Origin: Gammaproteobacteria bacterium
Lineage (GTDB): Bacteria; Pseudomonadota; Gammaproteobacteria; Ga0077554; Ga007554
Assembly: GCA_031421115.1 (NCBI GenBank)
Contig: JANOOA010000239.1
Location: forward strand, 1 to 37,043
Length of the DNA: 37,043 bases
Reading direction: 5' to 3'
The notes below the pieces were generated by a model. The model saw only the letters and a program-made list of their open reading frames with translations, did no database searches and was not told the origin of the DNA. This document shows, in pieces, positions 27,850 to 37,043 of the stretch; the first letter of the stretch is position 1; each line of letters starts with the position of its first letter. The translations under genes were made by a program, and so were the position numbers.

Positions 27850-29251
27850 GAGCTGCCACCTTTTCTACAGTTAATGTCAATGCTTCATCTTCCAGCATTT
27901 CGGCGCTCTGTTGCATAATTGCTATACTTTTGCTAATCAATGTATGTGCCCGTGCATTATGTAAATCTTCAGGAACCCGTTGCCCATCGCTTACATAAGC
28001 AATGGGCAACTGATGTTTAATAATAACGCTGATGGCACTGCCTAAACTTGTCGTTTCATCAATTTTAGTGAGAATGACTCCATCGGGAGACGCGCCTTTG
28101 AAGGCTTCCGTTGCTTCATTTAATCCTGATAAACGTGTTGCGGTAGATAACACCAGATAAGTTTTTATTTTGCGCCTTATGCTATGGGGATCGCTATTCG
28201 ATTCTCCATGGGTTAGCATTTTTAATTGGGCTGTCAACCGCAAGTCACGTTGGCCCATTCCCGCAGTATCAATTAATATCAAGCGCTTCTCTGCCAACTC
28301 CGTAAGTACTGACTGTAATTCCTGGTGATCTGCAGCCACACGCACTGGAACATTAAGGATTCGCCCATACGAACGCAGTTGTTCATGCGCGCCAATCCGA
28401 TAATTATCAATCGTGACAAGAGCAACATGCCGCGACCCATGACGCAAGGCATAGCGGGCGGCTAATTTTGCGACTGTAGTAGTTTTTCCTACGCCGGTCG
28501 GCCCTATCAAGGCAACAATTCCACCATGGGTAAGAATGTCATCATCCAATACCGGCACCTCATGAGCCAATATCCCCAAGGCACGCCGCCATAGCGCTTC
28601 GATATCGGGTGCCTGGGCAATTCCAGCAGGAATTTTGGCGACGATTTGACGACATAAAGTTGAACTTAAGCCCAGCTTCATTAGGCGTTGAAATAATTCT
28701 GCCTGCTGGGGATGTTTGCGTGTCAGCTCGCCCCAGGCAAGTGTGGATAATTGATTTTCAAGCAATCCCCGCAATGCCTTTATTTCCAGCCGCATATCCT
28801 GTAGGGCTTCGTTGTGCTGCTGCTTGTTATGGTGCGCAACATCCCCGGCATTTTCACGGTATCTTTGCGGATCGCACTCGCGCTCATGAAAATCCGGATT
28901 TGTTTGCGCTTCTGATGTAATATTTTCCGGGTTGATATTGTCTTCATCATCCCATGCCGATTTTTCCATTGGCACAATGTAAGGGGGGGCATCATACAAT
29001 GATTTCACAAAGGGTATTTTAGAAGGCTCTGACGCCAGATATGATGAGGCGGAAGACGTGGCCTGCACATGATCATTATGTGCAGGCTCTGCATTACTCA
29101 CCAGCGCATCGTCATAATCAATAGCGGAAACTATTTCAACGCCTCCATCTACACGACGGTTAGACAGTATTACTGCATCCGGGCCGAACTCATCACGCAC
29201 CTTACGCATTGCTTGACGTATGTCGGCAGCGAAAAACCGTTTCATCTTCAT
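27836..29251 (-). CDS. flhF: flagellar biosynthesis GTPase FlhF (SRP-type)
   Basis: 471 aa. N-terminal MKMKRFFAADIRQAMRKVRDEFGPDAVILS, G1 GPTGVGKTTT, DTAG, TKIDET. Confidence 0.9.
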   Translation of the reverse strand: MKMKRFFAADIRQAMRKVRDEFGPDAVILSNRRVDGGVEIVSAIDYDDALVSNAEPAHNDHVQATSSASSYLASEPSKIPFVKSLYDAPPYIVPMEKSAWDDEDNINPENITSEAQTNPDFHERECDPQRYRENAGDVAHHNKQQHNEALQDMRLEIKALRGLLENQLSTLAWGELTRKHPQQAELFQRLMKLGLSSTLCRQIVAKIPAGIAQAPDIEALWRRALGILAHEVPVLDDDILTHGGIVALIGPTGVGKTTTVAKLAARYALRHGSRHVALVTIDNYRIGAHEQLRSYGRILNVPVRVAADHQELQSVLTELAEKRLILIDTAGMGQRDLRLTAQLKMLTHGESNSDPHSIRRKIKTYLVLSTATRLSGLNEATEAFKGASPDGVILTKIDETTSLGSAISVIIKHQLPIAYVSDGQRVPEDLHNARAHTLISKSIAIMQQSAEMLEDEALTLTVEKVAAHAHV

Positions 29252-29319
29252 CCCGCATACCTTTTTTATACTGGAGACTTATTGGACTTAGGCAATCACT
29301 TCCCTATATTTAGCGGAAA

Positions 29320-31413
29320 TTATTTTCCTACAGTCGCTATGATTCTGATCTGTTTGTTATCGGGTATCTCGTTGTACGCAAGCACATGCAGCCCTGAGAT
29401 CGAATGCCTTACCAGCCGTGCCAAGTGTAAACGCAGCGGCATCGGCACTAACAAGATTGCAGGCTGTCCCGCCAACTCCTGGCGCTGTACACTCTGCACT
29501 AACGCGCCATGCATCCTTTCTGCCAATCCCGGTTCTAAACCTATGCCCGTTGAACCCGATGTCTGTATAGAGTTCTGCAATATCTGTTCCAGGCCAGGGT
29601 CCAGGGTGATAACCGGAAGTTCTTGCGCTATCCCATTGATTTGCTGAACTATTAACCTACCCAGTGCGATTCGCACCGCCGCCGTAAGTACGGCGGGATC
29701 CTGACTCTTGGGCGCATGGCCTGCCAATGTTTCGGCAATCGTCCGTATATCCCGGATAGAAACCCGCTCCTCGAGTAAATTCTGCAAAACTTTCAGTATC
29801 ACACCCAGAGACAGCGTCGTGGGTACCAAATCTTCTATCAACTTTGGCGCTGTTTTTGCCAGGCTATTCAGCAATTGCTGAACTTCTTCACGACCCAGTA
29901 ATTCATGGGCATGGCTTTGCAAAATCTGACTGAGATGGGTAGCGACAACCGTACCTGAATCTACCACGGTATAGCCGAGCGTCTGGGCATGCTCACGCTG
30001 TCCTGGCTCGATCCAGATGGCCGGTAAACCAAAGGCAGGATCCTTGCCTGGCAGCCCTTGCAGCGTACCGAATACCTGTCCAGGATTAATCGCCAGATCA
30101 CGTTCAGGATAAATTTCCGCTTCGCCCACGGTTGCACCCAACAGGCTGATACGATAGGCGTTGGGCGCCAGATCCAGATTGTCACGGATATGCACTGACG
30201 GCACCAGAAAACCTAACTCCTGAGTCAACTTTTTGCGTACTCCCTTGATGCGCCCCATCAACTGCCCACCCTGATTTTTATCCACCATTGGAATCAGCCG
30301 ATAACCCACTTCGAGTCCAATGATGTCCACGGGCATCACATCGTCCCAGCTTAAATCCCGCGCTTCGGCAACAGGCTCCATTGATTTCGCCGGCAATGCC
30401 GTCGTCGTCACCAATAACGCCGCCTGTTTACGCTGCACAATCATATAGGCTATGCCACCGGAAATCGCGGCGAGGGTCAGGAATGCAACATTTGGCATGC
30501 CAGGAATCATGCCCATAATCCCCAGCACACCTGCCGCAACACCTAACGCACGTGGATTATCAAACAATTGCAGCAAAATCTGTTTGCCCATGTTCTGCGC
30601 GCTCGACACACGCGTAACCATAATGGCAGCCGACACAGACAACACCAATGCCGGAATCTGCGTCACCAGGCCCTCGCCAATCGTCAGCAACGTATAGGTG
30701 CGCAGTGCATCGCTGAAGCTCATATCATGCTGCGCTACACCAATAATGAATCCACCGATAAGATTAATGAATATAATAAGAATGCCCGCAATAGCATCAC
30801 CTTTAACAAATTTACTGGCACCATCCATCGAACCGTAAAAATCAGCCTCTTCTACAATGTTTTTACGTCGCTCCTTCGCCTCTTCCGCCGTAATCGCACC
30901 GGCATTAAGATCCGCATCAACCGCCATTTGCTTGCCCGGCATGGCATCCAAGGTAAAGCGTGCGCTTACTTCAGAAATACGCCCCGCGCCTTTGGTAACC
31001 ACCACAAAATTGATAATCACCAGAATCGCGAACACGACAAAGCCTACTGCATAATTACCGCCAATGACAAACTCGCCAAACGCATGAATCACATCACCCG
31101 CCGCATCCGTGCCATTATGGCCCTCCATTAAAATCAAGCGTGTCGAGGCGATATTGAGTGCCAGCCGCAGCAGCGTAGCCAGCAACAGTATTGTAGGGAA
31201 CGATGCAAAATCCAGCGGTTTTTGCGCATATACACTGGTGAGCAAAATTACCAATGCCAACGCAATGCTAAAGCTAAAAAATATGTCCAGCAGCAACGGC
31301 GGCAACGGCACCACCATCATTGCCAGCAGCATCATCATGAATATTGGCACGCCTAAACCACTGCGCATCCAGTCACGCCAATTGGCGGGCATTAACGCTG
31401 AACTTGGGGTCAT
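29320..31413 (-). CDS. flhA: flagellar type III export apparatus protein FlhA
   Basis: 697 aa. FHIPEP-family membrane domain (VTKGAGRISEVSARFTLDAMPGKQMAVDADLN) and a cytoplasmic domain. Confidence 0.95.
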   Translation of the reverse strand: MTPSSALMPANWRDWMRSGLGVPIFMMMLLAMMVVPLPPLLLDIFFSFSIALALVILLTSVYAQKPLDFASFPTILLLATLLRLALNIASTRLILMEGHNGTDAAGDVIHAFGEFVIGGNYAVGFVVFAILVIINFVVVTKGAGRISEVSARFTLDAMPGKQMAVDADLNAGAITAEEAKERRKNIVEEADFYGSMDGASKFVKGDAIAGILIIFINLIGGFIIGVAQHDMSFSDALRTYTLLTIGEGLVTQIPALVLSVSAAIMVTRVSSAQNMGKQILLQLFDNPRALGVAAGVLGIMGMIPGMPNVAFLTLAAISGGIAYMIVQRKQAALLVTTTALPAKSMEPVAEARDLSWDDVMPVDIIGLEVGYRLIPMVDKNQGGQLMGRIKGVRKKLTQELGFLVPSVHIRDNLDLAPNAYRISLLGATVGEAEIYPERDLAINPGQVFGTLQGLPGKDPAFGLPAIWIEPGQREHAQTLGYTVVDSGTVVATHLSQILQSHAHELLGREEVQQLLNSLAKTAPKLIEDLVPTTLSLGVILKVLQNLLEERVSIRDIRTIAETLAGHAPKSQDPAVLTAAVRIALGRLIVQQINGIAQELPVITLDPGLEQILQNSIQTSGSTGIGLEPGLAERMHGALVQSVQRQELAGQPAILLVPMPLRLHLARLVRHSISGLHVLAYNEIPDNKQIRIIATVGK

Positions 31414-31439
31414 ATTACGTCTCCAGAAATTTTTTAAGG

Positions 31440-32585
31440 CTATACGTCACGCTTTAATTCATCAGGAATCGACACATCCAGAAGTGGCACTGGCGTACCA
31501 TCATAAGAAGCGTCATAGTTCTGGCGTTTCTTTAATTGATATACATAAGCAAGTACCTGAGCTACTGCCAGATAAAGCCCCGCCGGAATAGCGTGGTTCA
31601 GCTCAGTGCTATGATGCAGGGCGCGTGCCAACGCCGGGGATGACAAAATCGGCACGCGATGCGTCACGCCGATACTGCGGATTTGCATGGCCATCAAATC
31701 CTTACCCTTAGCCACTACAATAGGTGTGCGCATCTTGTCTGGGTTATAACGCAAAGCCACCGCGTAATGTGTAGGATTGGTAATAATCACATCCGCCTTG
31801 GGCACCTCTGCCATCATGCGGCGTTGCGCCATCTCCCGTTGTTGGCTGCGAATACGCCCTTTGACCTCAGGATTACCATCGGTTTCCTTGTATTCATCTT
31901 TTGTTTCCTGAAGCGTCATTTTTAACTGGCGATTATGATTCCATAGCTGGAAAGGCACATCCACCAAGGCAATCAACACCATCACCGCACTCAGTGTCAG
32001 AAAGCATGATCCTATAAGCTGGGCAACGTGACTTAATGCCTCCGGCAATGGTTCGCTACCCAATCCCATAAAAGAACCCATCATGTTCCATAACAAGAAA
32101 ATTGCGGCACTGCCCAATACCAGAAATTTTGCCAGCGCCTTCAACAACTCCATCAAACCCTGCGGGCCTAATATGCGCTTCAGGCCCGACAGTGGATTAA
32201 GCTTCTCCCATTTAAAACCCAGGGACTTGGCACTTAAGGACCAGCCACTTAACGCCATGGGTGCAGATAGGGCGGCCAGCACCATCAAAATAAAAAAAGG
32301 CGCCAGCGCAATTAATACCGTGCTGGTTGACTCTTCCAATGATTTAAACAAAGTGTTAGTGTCAAAAATGGCACTGCGGTTAATATTAAAATTCTGGCGC
32401 ATGGCATCAAGAAGTCCGGCCGTCATGCGGCCACCCAGCACCATTAAACCGCCTGCCGCAGCCAACAGAATTACGGTGGAATTGAGATCCAGAGACCGGG
32501 CAATCTGCCCTTTGTCACGCGCCTCTTGCAGTCGCTTGGGTGTGGCCGGTTCTGTGCGTTCCTGTCCAGTGTCTTGGGCGGCCAT
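31440..32585 (-). CDS. flhB: flagellar export apparatus switch protein FlhB
   Basis: 381 aa. N-terminal QERTEPATPKRLQEARDKGQIARS and the autocleavage site NPTH (ITNPTHYAVAL). Confidence 0.95.
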   Translation of the reverse strand: MAAQDTGQERTEPATPKRLQEARDKGQIARSLDLNSTVILLAAAGGLMVLGGRMTAGLLDAMRQNFNINRSAIFDTNTLFKSLEESTSTVLIALAPFFILMVLAALSAPMALSGWSLSAKSLGFKWEKLNPLSGLKRILGPQGLMELLKALAKFLVLGSAAIFLLWNMMGSFMGLGSEPLPEALSHVAQLIGSCFLTLSAVMVLIALVDVPFQLWNHNRQLKMTLQETKDEYKETDGNPEVKGRIRSQQREMAQRRMMAEVPKADVIITNPTHYAVALRYNPDKMRTPIVVAKGKDLMAMQIRSIGVTHRVPILSSPALARALHHSTELNHAIPAGLYLAVAQVLAYVYQLKKRQNYDASYDGTPVPLLDVSIPDELKRDV

Positions 32586-32600
32586 CTGTTATTTTGCCAC

Positions 32601-33380
32601 TTATTTATCGGACAAAATTTGCTGATGAATGTGCGCAAATGCATCATTCACCATGTGAGTTAACTGAGGGAGCAATACCGGCAGGGTCATCAACATAATC
32701 ACCAGCCCCAGAAAAATCATTACCGGAAAACCAATAGAAAAAATATTAAGTTGCGGTGCAGCGCGTGTCATCACCCCAAAAGCCACATTCACCACCAGCA
32801 ATGCCGTCATGGCAGGTAGAGAAACCAGAACTGCCCCTGAAAAAACCTGCCCACCCCAAATCACAATACTCCATAACCCCTGCGTTGTGATGCCATGTTC
32901 ACCTATCGGCAATGATTTGAAACTTCCCGCCAGCACTTCTATCAATATCAAGTGACCATTCAAAGCCAGAAACAATAACGTGACAAGAATCAGATAAAAT
33001 TGGCTGACCACCGGCACTTGAACACCATTTTGCGGATCAACCATCGAAGCAAAACCCAGCCCCATGGTTTGACCGATCAGTTGCCCTGCCAACACAAATG
33101 CCGCGAACACCAGGCGTAGTGTAAAACCCATCGTCAGTCCGATTAGAAGCTGCTGCATAAGAATAATAAAGCCAGTGGAACTTATCGGATCAATTGCCGG
33201 CATGGGTGGCAATGCCGGGGCTATAACCATGGTAATCGCCAGTGAAAGCGCCACACGAATACGTATTGGCACACTTTGCGCGCCAAATATCGGAGCGACG
33301 CTAATGAGGGCGCCAATGCGGAATAATGGCCAGAGATACAGGGCCACCCATGAAGTCAAGTCGGCATTAGTAAACTGCAT
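32601..33380 (-). CDS. fliR: flagellar export apparatus protein FliR
   Basis: 259 aa polytopic membrane protein in the fliPQR position. Confidence 0.9.
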   Translation of the reverse strand: MQFTNADLTSWVALYLWPLFRIGALISVAPIFGAQSVPIRIRVALSLAITMVIAPALPPMPAIDPISSTGFIILMQQLLIGLTMGFTLRLVFAAFVLAGQLIGQTMGLGFASMVDPQNGVQVPVVSQFYLILVTLLFLALNGHLILIEVLAGSFKSLPIGEHGITTQGLWSIVIWGGQVFSGAVLVSLPAMTALLVVNVAFGVMTRAAPQLNIFSIGFPVMIFLGLVIMLMTLPVLLPQLTHMVNDAFAHIHQQILSDK

Positions 33381-33453
33381 TTACTAATTCTCGTTCCTAA
33401 GTAAGTAGTGTGAGTATTTAGTGGGGTATATAAATGATTGGTACACATTAGTA

Positions 33454-33723
33454 CTATCCTATAATGCTGGGAATGCTTTCTATAAGACGCCGCACATAAT
33501 CCACCAGAACATTTATCATCCATGGGCCGGCTATAACGATAGCCAGCAGTGTCACCAGCAACTTGGGAATAAAGCTGAGCGTTACTTCATTTATTTGCGT
33601 AGCCGCCTGGAACATGCTGACCAACAAACCGACCGCGAAGGCCGGCAATAGCAATACGGCAAGAAGCAAAACAGTCACCTCCAGGGCTTCTCTACCAATG
33701 TGGATAACGGATTCTGGAGTCAT
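33454..33723 (-). CDS. fliQ: flagellar export apparatus protein FliQ
   Basis: 89 aa, two TM helices. FQAATQINEVTLSFIPKL matches the conserved FliQ block. Confidence 0.9.
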   Translation of the reverse strand: MTPESVIHIGREALEVTVLLLAVLLLPAFAVGLLVSMFQAATQINEVTLSFIPKLLVTLLAIVIAGPWMINVLVDYVRRLIESIPSIIG

Positions 33724-33751
33724 GCGTTTGCCTTTGGATGCAGCACGTGGG

Positions 33752-34489
33752 CTAGTTAAAACTGGCCGCCAATGAACCTATAATTAACGCCCAACCATCC
33801 ACCAATACAAATAACATCAGCTTGAAGGGCAGCGATATTACCATGGGGGATAACATCATCATACCCATGGACATCAGTACACTTGCGACGACAAGATCAA
33901 TAATCAGGAAGGGAATAAAAATAATAAAACCTATCTGGAATGCCGTTTTCAATTCGCTGGTAACAAAAGCTGGAACCAGCAATGAAAATGGCACCACCTC
34001 GGGTGATTCAATGGAATCTTTGCCAGAAATACGTGCGAATAATTCAATATCACTGTCGCGGGTTTGGCCTAGCATAAAATCTCTGAAAGGCGCCCGGGCA
34101 TTATTCAATGCCTCTTGCGCAGAGATTCTTCCATCCATATAAGGCGTTAACGCGCCCTCATTCGCCTTATCAAAAACCGGCGACATCACAAAAAATGTCA
34201 GGAACAAGGCAAGACCGAGAAGAGTCTGGTTGGTGGGTGTAGCACCCGTGCCCAAAGCCTGGCGAAGAATGGCTAATACAATGATAATACGCGTGAACGC
34301 CGTCATCATTAACAGACCAGCTGGCAATAAAGACAGCAGTGTCATGAAAATTAATGTTTGAATGCTTACAGTATAGGTTTGGCCTCCCCCCGGTGCGTTG
34401 GTCACCGTGGCTACATCAATGCCAGGAGCCGCCACTGCAACACTTGCAGAAAAAATGAATAATCCACTTATCAAAAAAAATGTTCTCAT
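33752..34489 (-). CDS. fliP: flagellar export apparatus protein FliP
   Basis: 245 aa. Signal peptide plus conserved blocks [28 protein letters not shown] and [22 protein letters not shown]. Confidence 0.95.
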   Translation of the reverse strand: MRTFFLISGLFIFSASVAVAAPGIDVATVTNAPGGGQTYTVSIQTLIFMTLLSLLPAGLLMMTAFTRIIIVLAILRQALGTGATPTNQTLLGLALFLTFFVMSPVFDKANEGALTPYMDGRISAQEALNNARAPFRDFMLGQTRDSDIELFARISGKDSIESPEVVPFSLLVPAFVTSELKTAFQIGFIIFIPFLIIDLVVASVLMSMGMMMLSPMVISLPFKLMLFVLVDGWALIIGSLAASFN

Positions 34490-34977
34490 GTTGCTTTTCG
34501 CTGCTTGATTGCCGCGCTTAAACGCTCAGCAAAACTCCTTACATCATTACCGCTAATACCACCAGAAATACCAGACGAAGGACTTATTTCTGGTGTGATC
34601 AATGGTTCATCCAATACATGCAGCATTTGCACTCTGCCCGGTGCAACACCAACTAATAATTGAGTATCACCTACTTGCAGCAACACCACCCGTTCCCTCG
34701 GGCCGATAGATAACCCCCCGAGAATTTTGAGTGATCCACTCGCTGCGGATTGAAGGCGACCATAACGACGCAATAACCACGCAATGCCGACAATCATGGC
34801 GAGCACAAGTAGAAGACCTAATGTGACCTGCACAAGATTCCCGGTAGACACGCCAGGAGATAATGGCGATGCTATTTGAATAGGTGATTTCTCAACAGCA
34901 GAAACCATCCTGGGAAAATAAAACAGTAATGGAAATAATACCCATGAAATGGCGATACATTTAGTATGAGCTTTCAT
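34486..34977 (-). CDS. fliO: flagellar biosynthesis protein FliO
   Basis: 163 aa, one central TM segment ([15 protein letters not shown]). Located between fliN and fliP, overlapping both neighbours. Confidence 0.75.
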   Translation of the reverse strand: MKAHTKCIAISWVLFPLLFYFPRMVSAVEKSPIQIASPLSPGVSTGNLVQVTLGLLLVLAMIVGIAWLLRRYGRLQSAASGSLKILGGLSIGPRERVVLLQVGDTQLLVGVAPGRVQMLHVLDEPLITPEISPSSGISGGISGNDVRSFAERLSAAIKQRKAT

Positions 34978-35417
34978 TATTTAAGTTTCTTGACACGTTC
35001 TGCCGGGCTAATCACATCCGTCAAGCGAATGCCGAATTTGTCGTTAACCACCACTACTTCTCCATGCGCGATCAATGTGCCATTGACTAATACATCCATC
35101 GGTTCACCTGCAAGTCGATCCAGCTCGACCACGGAACCCTGATTCAGTTGCAATAACTGGCGTATATTGATCATGGTTCTGCCTATTTCCATGGAAACAG
35201 TAACGGGAATGTCCAGAATAACGTCCATATTAATATCATGTCCTGCAGTGCGCTCCTCTGCTTTTAATTCCTGAAACTGTGCACGTGCATAATCTGTATT
35301 GCCAGAGCCACCCTTGCCAGGGCTACTTCCGCTTTTATCCTCCAATTGTTCCTCCAGCGCGGCCGCCCACTCATCGGCTACACTCCCATTACCAGCGTCA
35401 CTCACTTGATCATTCAT
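34977..35417 (-). CDS. fliN: flagellar motor switch protein FliN
   Basis: 146 aa. C-terminal SpoA/FliN domain ILDIPVTVSMEIGRTMINIRQLLQLNQGSVVELDRLAGEPMDVLVNGTLIAHGEVVVV. Confidence 0.95.
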   Translation of the reverse strand: MNDQVSDAGNGSVADEWAAALEEQLEDKSGSSPGKGGSGNTDYARAQFQELKAEERTAGHDINMDVILDIPVTVSMEIGRTMINIRQLLQLNQGSVVELDRLAGEPMDVLVNGTLIAHGEVVVVNDKFGIRLTDVISPAERVKKLK

Positions 35418-35432
35418 GTTTTACTCCACAAC

Positions 35433-36419
35433 TTATTCATGGGCGGAATGCTTTGCTTTCTCCAGGACTTTAATGGAATTCTTACCGCCTGAAATTCCAA
35501 AAACACCCCGATAAATCGGTATATCTTCAGCCCGTAACATTACTGTATCAGGGATATTTATCGGAATAACATCACCAGCCTTCATATTAAGTAGATCTCT
35601 AATATTAAGATCCACCTCGGCAAGAATAGCGCTTATTTCCACAGGAGCTTCCTGCATTTCTTCTCTTAGCGCAAGTAACCATCTTTCATCAACATCAGAA
35701 CGATCACTTTGCATTCCCGCATCAAGAAGCTCCCGGATCGGTTCAATCATGGAGTAAGGCATGGTCACATGCAAATCTCCCCCACCACCATCAAGCTCTA
35801 TATGAAAAGTGCTTACAACAACCACTTCAGTCGGGCTGACAATATTCGCAAACTGGGGGTTAACTTCGGAGCCCATATGTTCAAAATCCACTTTCATTAC
35901 AGGTGTCCAGGCCTCTGTGAGATCCTTGAATGCCTGTTGTAACAGCATTTGAATAACGCGCATTTCTGTAGGCGTAAATTCCCGCCCTTCAATACGCGTA
36001 TAAAACCGTCCTTCTCCACCAAAGAAATTATCAACCACAATAAAAACAAGCTTGGGATCAAAAATAAAAAGTGCTGTCCCGCGTAATGGCTTGATCTGTA
36101 CCATATTCAGGCTGGTAGGAACAAACAGACTATGCACATATTCAGCGAACTTGAGCATTTGCACTCCGCTCACCGATATTTCCGGAGAACGGCGCAACAT
36201 ATTAAACAGACTGATACGAAAATGACGGGCAAAACGCTCATTGATCATTTCCAGCGTAGGTAAACGCCCACGTACGATACGATCTTGACTGGTGAAGTTA
36301 TAAGCACGTGCCGACCCATCAGGTAGAAGGTCATCTTTTTCTGTTTCTACATCACCACTATCGACACCATGCAAAAGCGCATCAATTTCGTCTTGAGATA
36401 AAATATCACTAACAGCCAT
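35433..36419 (-). CDS. fliM: flagellar motor switch protein FliM
   Basis: 328 aa. N-terminal CheY-P binding peptide ILSQDEIDALL, middle domain, and C-terminal FliN-like domain. Confidence 0.95.
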   Translation of the reverse strand: MAVSDILSQDEIDALLHGVDSGDVETEKDDLLPDGSARAYNFTSQDRIVRGRLPTLEMINERFARHFRISLFNMLRRSPEISVSGVQMLKFAEYVHSLFVPTSLNMVQIKPLRGTALFIFDPKLVFIVVDNFFGGEGRFYTRIEGREFTPTEMRVIQMLLQQAFKDLTEAWTPVMKVDFEHMGSEVNPQFANIVSPTEVVVVSTFHIELDGGGGDLHVTMPYSMIEPIRELLDAGMQSDRSDVDERWLLALREEMQEAPVEISAILAEVDLNIRDLLNMKAGDVIPINIPDTVMLRAEDIPIYRGVFGISGGKNSIKVLEKAKHSAHE

Positions 36420-36424
36420 AATTT

Positions 36425-36979
36425 TTATTGCATCACAAAACCAGTGAAATAAACCGCCTCGATACTGGGCGACCCCGTTTGTTCTGTCATGACCTTTTGT
36501 ATCTCCTTTAAAGCGTCCGCACGAATCTTTTCTTTTCCTTCACGAGTCATAATATTTTCTGGGGTTTGGCTGCTAAAAAGTAATACCAGACTATTTCTAA
36601 TAACCGGCATGTGCGTTTTAACCGCTTCAATGGCCACGGGGTCTCGCGACATCACTTCAATCGTCACCTGTAAAAAACGAATCGCGGAGTTATCCTGAAA
36701 ATTGACTACAAAAGCGGGGTCGAATGCATAATAAACCGGGGCCGCTTTAGCCTTAGCCTGATCCTTACCCGCTGCAGCTCCCCCTGCTTCGGAACCAGCA
36801 CTTGCGCCGCCTTCATGGGTTTGACCAAAATAAAAATAGGCTCCCGCCCCTCCTCCCGCCAGCACCAGTACACTTACCAGAATGATGATAATTTTCCCCA
36901 TAGAAAGTTTTTTCTTGGAGGGGGCTTGGGCTGCCTGTTCCTTGTCATCATCTTCTTTATCCAGATTCTGAACTGCCAT
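36425..36979 (-). CDS. fliL: flagellar basal body-associated protein FliL
   Basis: Single TM segment (IIIILVSVLVLAGGGAGAYFYF) plus a FliL periplasmic domain (YYAFDPAFVVNF...FLQVTIEVM...IRNSLVLLFS). ATG at 36977-36979 with an AAGGAG RBS is preferred. The track start at 37036 falls inside the predicted sigma-54 promoter. Confidence 0.85.
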   Translation of the reverse strand: MAVQNLDKEDDDKEQAAQAPSKKKLSMGKIIIILVSVLVLAGGGAGAYFYFGQTHEGGASAGSEAGGAAAGKDQAKAKAAPVYYAFDPAFVVNFQDNSAIRFLQVTIEVMSRDPVAIEAVKTHMPVIRNSLVLLFSSQTPENIMTREGKEKIRADALKEIQKVMTEQTGSPSIEAVYFTGFVMQ

Positions 36980-37024
36980 GCGGGACTCCTTGCAATCAAT
37001 AGTGTTCTGCCTACCAGGAACACA

Positions 37025-37040
37025 AGCAAGCACCATGCCA
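37025..37040 (-). promoter_or_regulatory. sigma-54 (RpoN) -24/-12 promoter upstream of fliL
   Basis: The minus strand reads TGGCATGGTGCTTGCT, i.e. TGGCAT-N5-TTGCT against the consensus TGGCAC-N5-TTGCW. GG-N10-GC spacing is correct. Lies ~45 nt upstream of the fliL ATG. Confidence 0.6.
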
Positions 37041-37043
37041 TAT

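Noticed and set aside
29286-29312. Sigma-28-like TAAA-N15-GCCTAAGT and a sigma-54-like GGGAAGTGATTGC upstream of flhF.
   Set aside because: The -10 element matches only 4 of 8 positions of GCCGATAA. The sigma-54-like motif has GG-to-GC spacing of 8-9 nt rather than 10. Both are too weak to call.
34473-34480. An A8 (T8 on the coding strand) homopolymer in codons 4-6 of fliP. It recalls the phase-variable homopolymer in Helicobacter pylori fliP.
   Set aside because: Runs of the same length occur in sufS (8344-8351) and cheA (about 24549-24556), so the tract is not distinctive here. An 8-nt A/T run is short for efficient slippage. There is no population data to show length variation.
1-37043. 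Searched for CRISPR repeats, tRNA/rRNA/tmRNA, IS elements, integrases, toxin-antitoxin pairs, restriction-modification or other defence-island hallmarks, and long tandem repeats.
   Set aside because: None were seen. Every ORF above 100 aa outside gene shadows has a confident housekeeping or flagellar/chemotaxis assignment. Intergenic gaps are short apart from 4022-4316, 10952-11227, 11681-12173 and 17658-17883, of which all but 10952-11227 are discussed in the findings.

Overview
This window looks like a chromosomal segment from a Gram-negative proteobacterium. Gene order and protein signatures look beta/gamma-proteobacterial, but the taxon cannot be fixed from the sequence alone.

The left ~17.3 kb holds housekeeping genes in mixed orientation:
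- the 5' part of proA and an orphan CHASE-domain histidine kinase
- lptE-holA
- a seven-gene Fe-S assembly operon, sufB-sufC-sufD-sufS-sufU-nfu-Rieske. It is preceded by a near-consensus sigma-70 promoter bracketed by two IscR type-1-like boxes.
- panD, dksA, an SLT-domain lytic transglycosylase, greB and metG
- an rnfB-like ferredoxin, nth and a DUF1841 gene

The right ~19.8 kb is one uninterrupted minus-strand flagellar/chemotaxis supercluster in the Pseudomonas/Vibrio-like order. It runs fliLMNOPQR-flhB-flhA-flhF-fleN-fliA-cheY-cheZ-cheA-cheB-motA-motB-parC-like-parP-like-cheW-DUF2802, and a sigma-54-type promoter is visible upstream of fliL.

I see no tRNA/rRNA, CRISPR array, transposase/integrase, prophage or recognisable defence/toxin genes. 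I did not find a convincing novel multi-gene system.

The features that remain unexplained are small:
- a ~39-nt element present in two intergenic regions
- a ~490-bp structured, gene-poor gap downstream of dksA with a tiny lipoprotein-like ORF
- a possible 58-64 aa disordered-protein ORF packed between cheW and the DUF2802 gene
- an unusually extended MotB
- duplicated acidic motifs in a P2-less CheA linker
- an AT-rich che/mot block inside an otherwise GC-richer region

All homology statements come from reading the translations. No database search was run.
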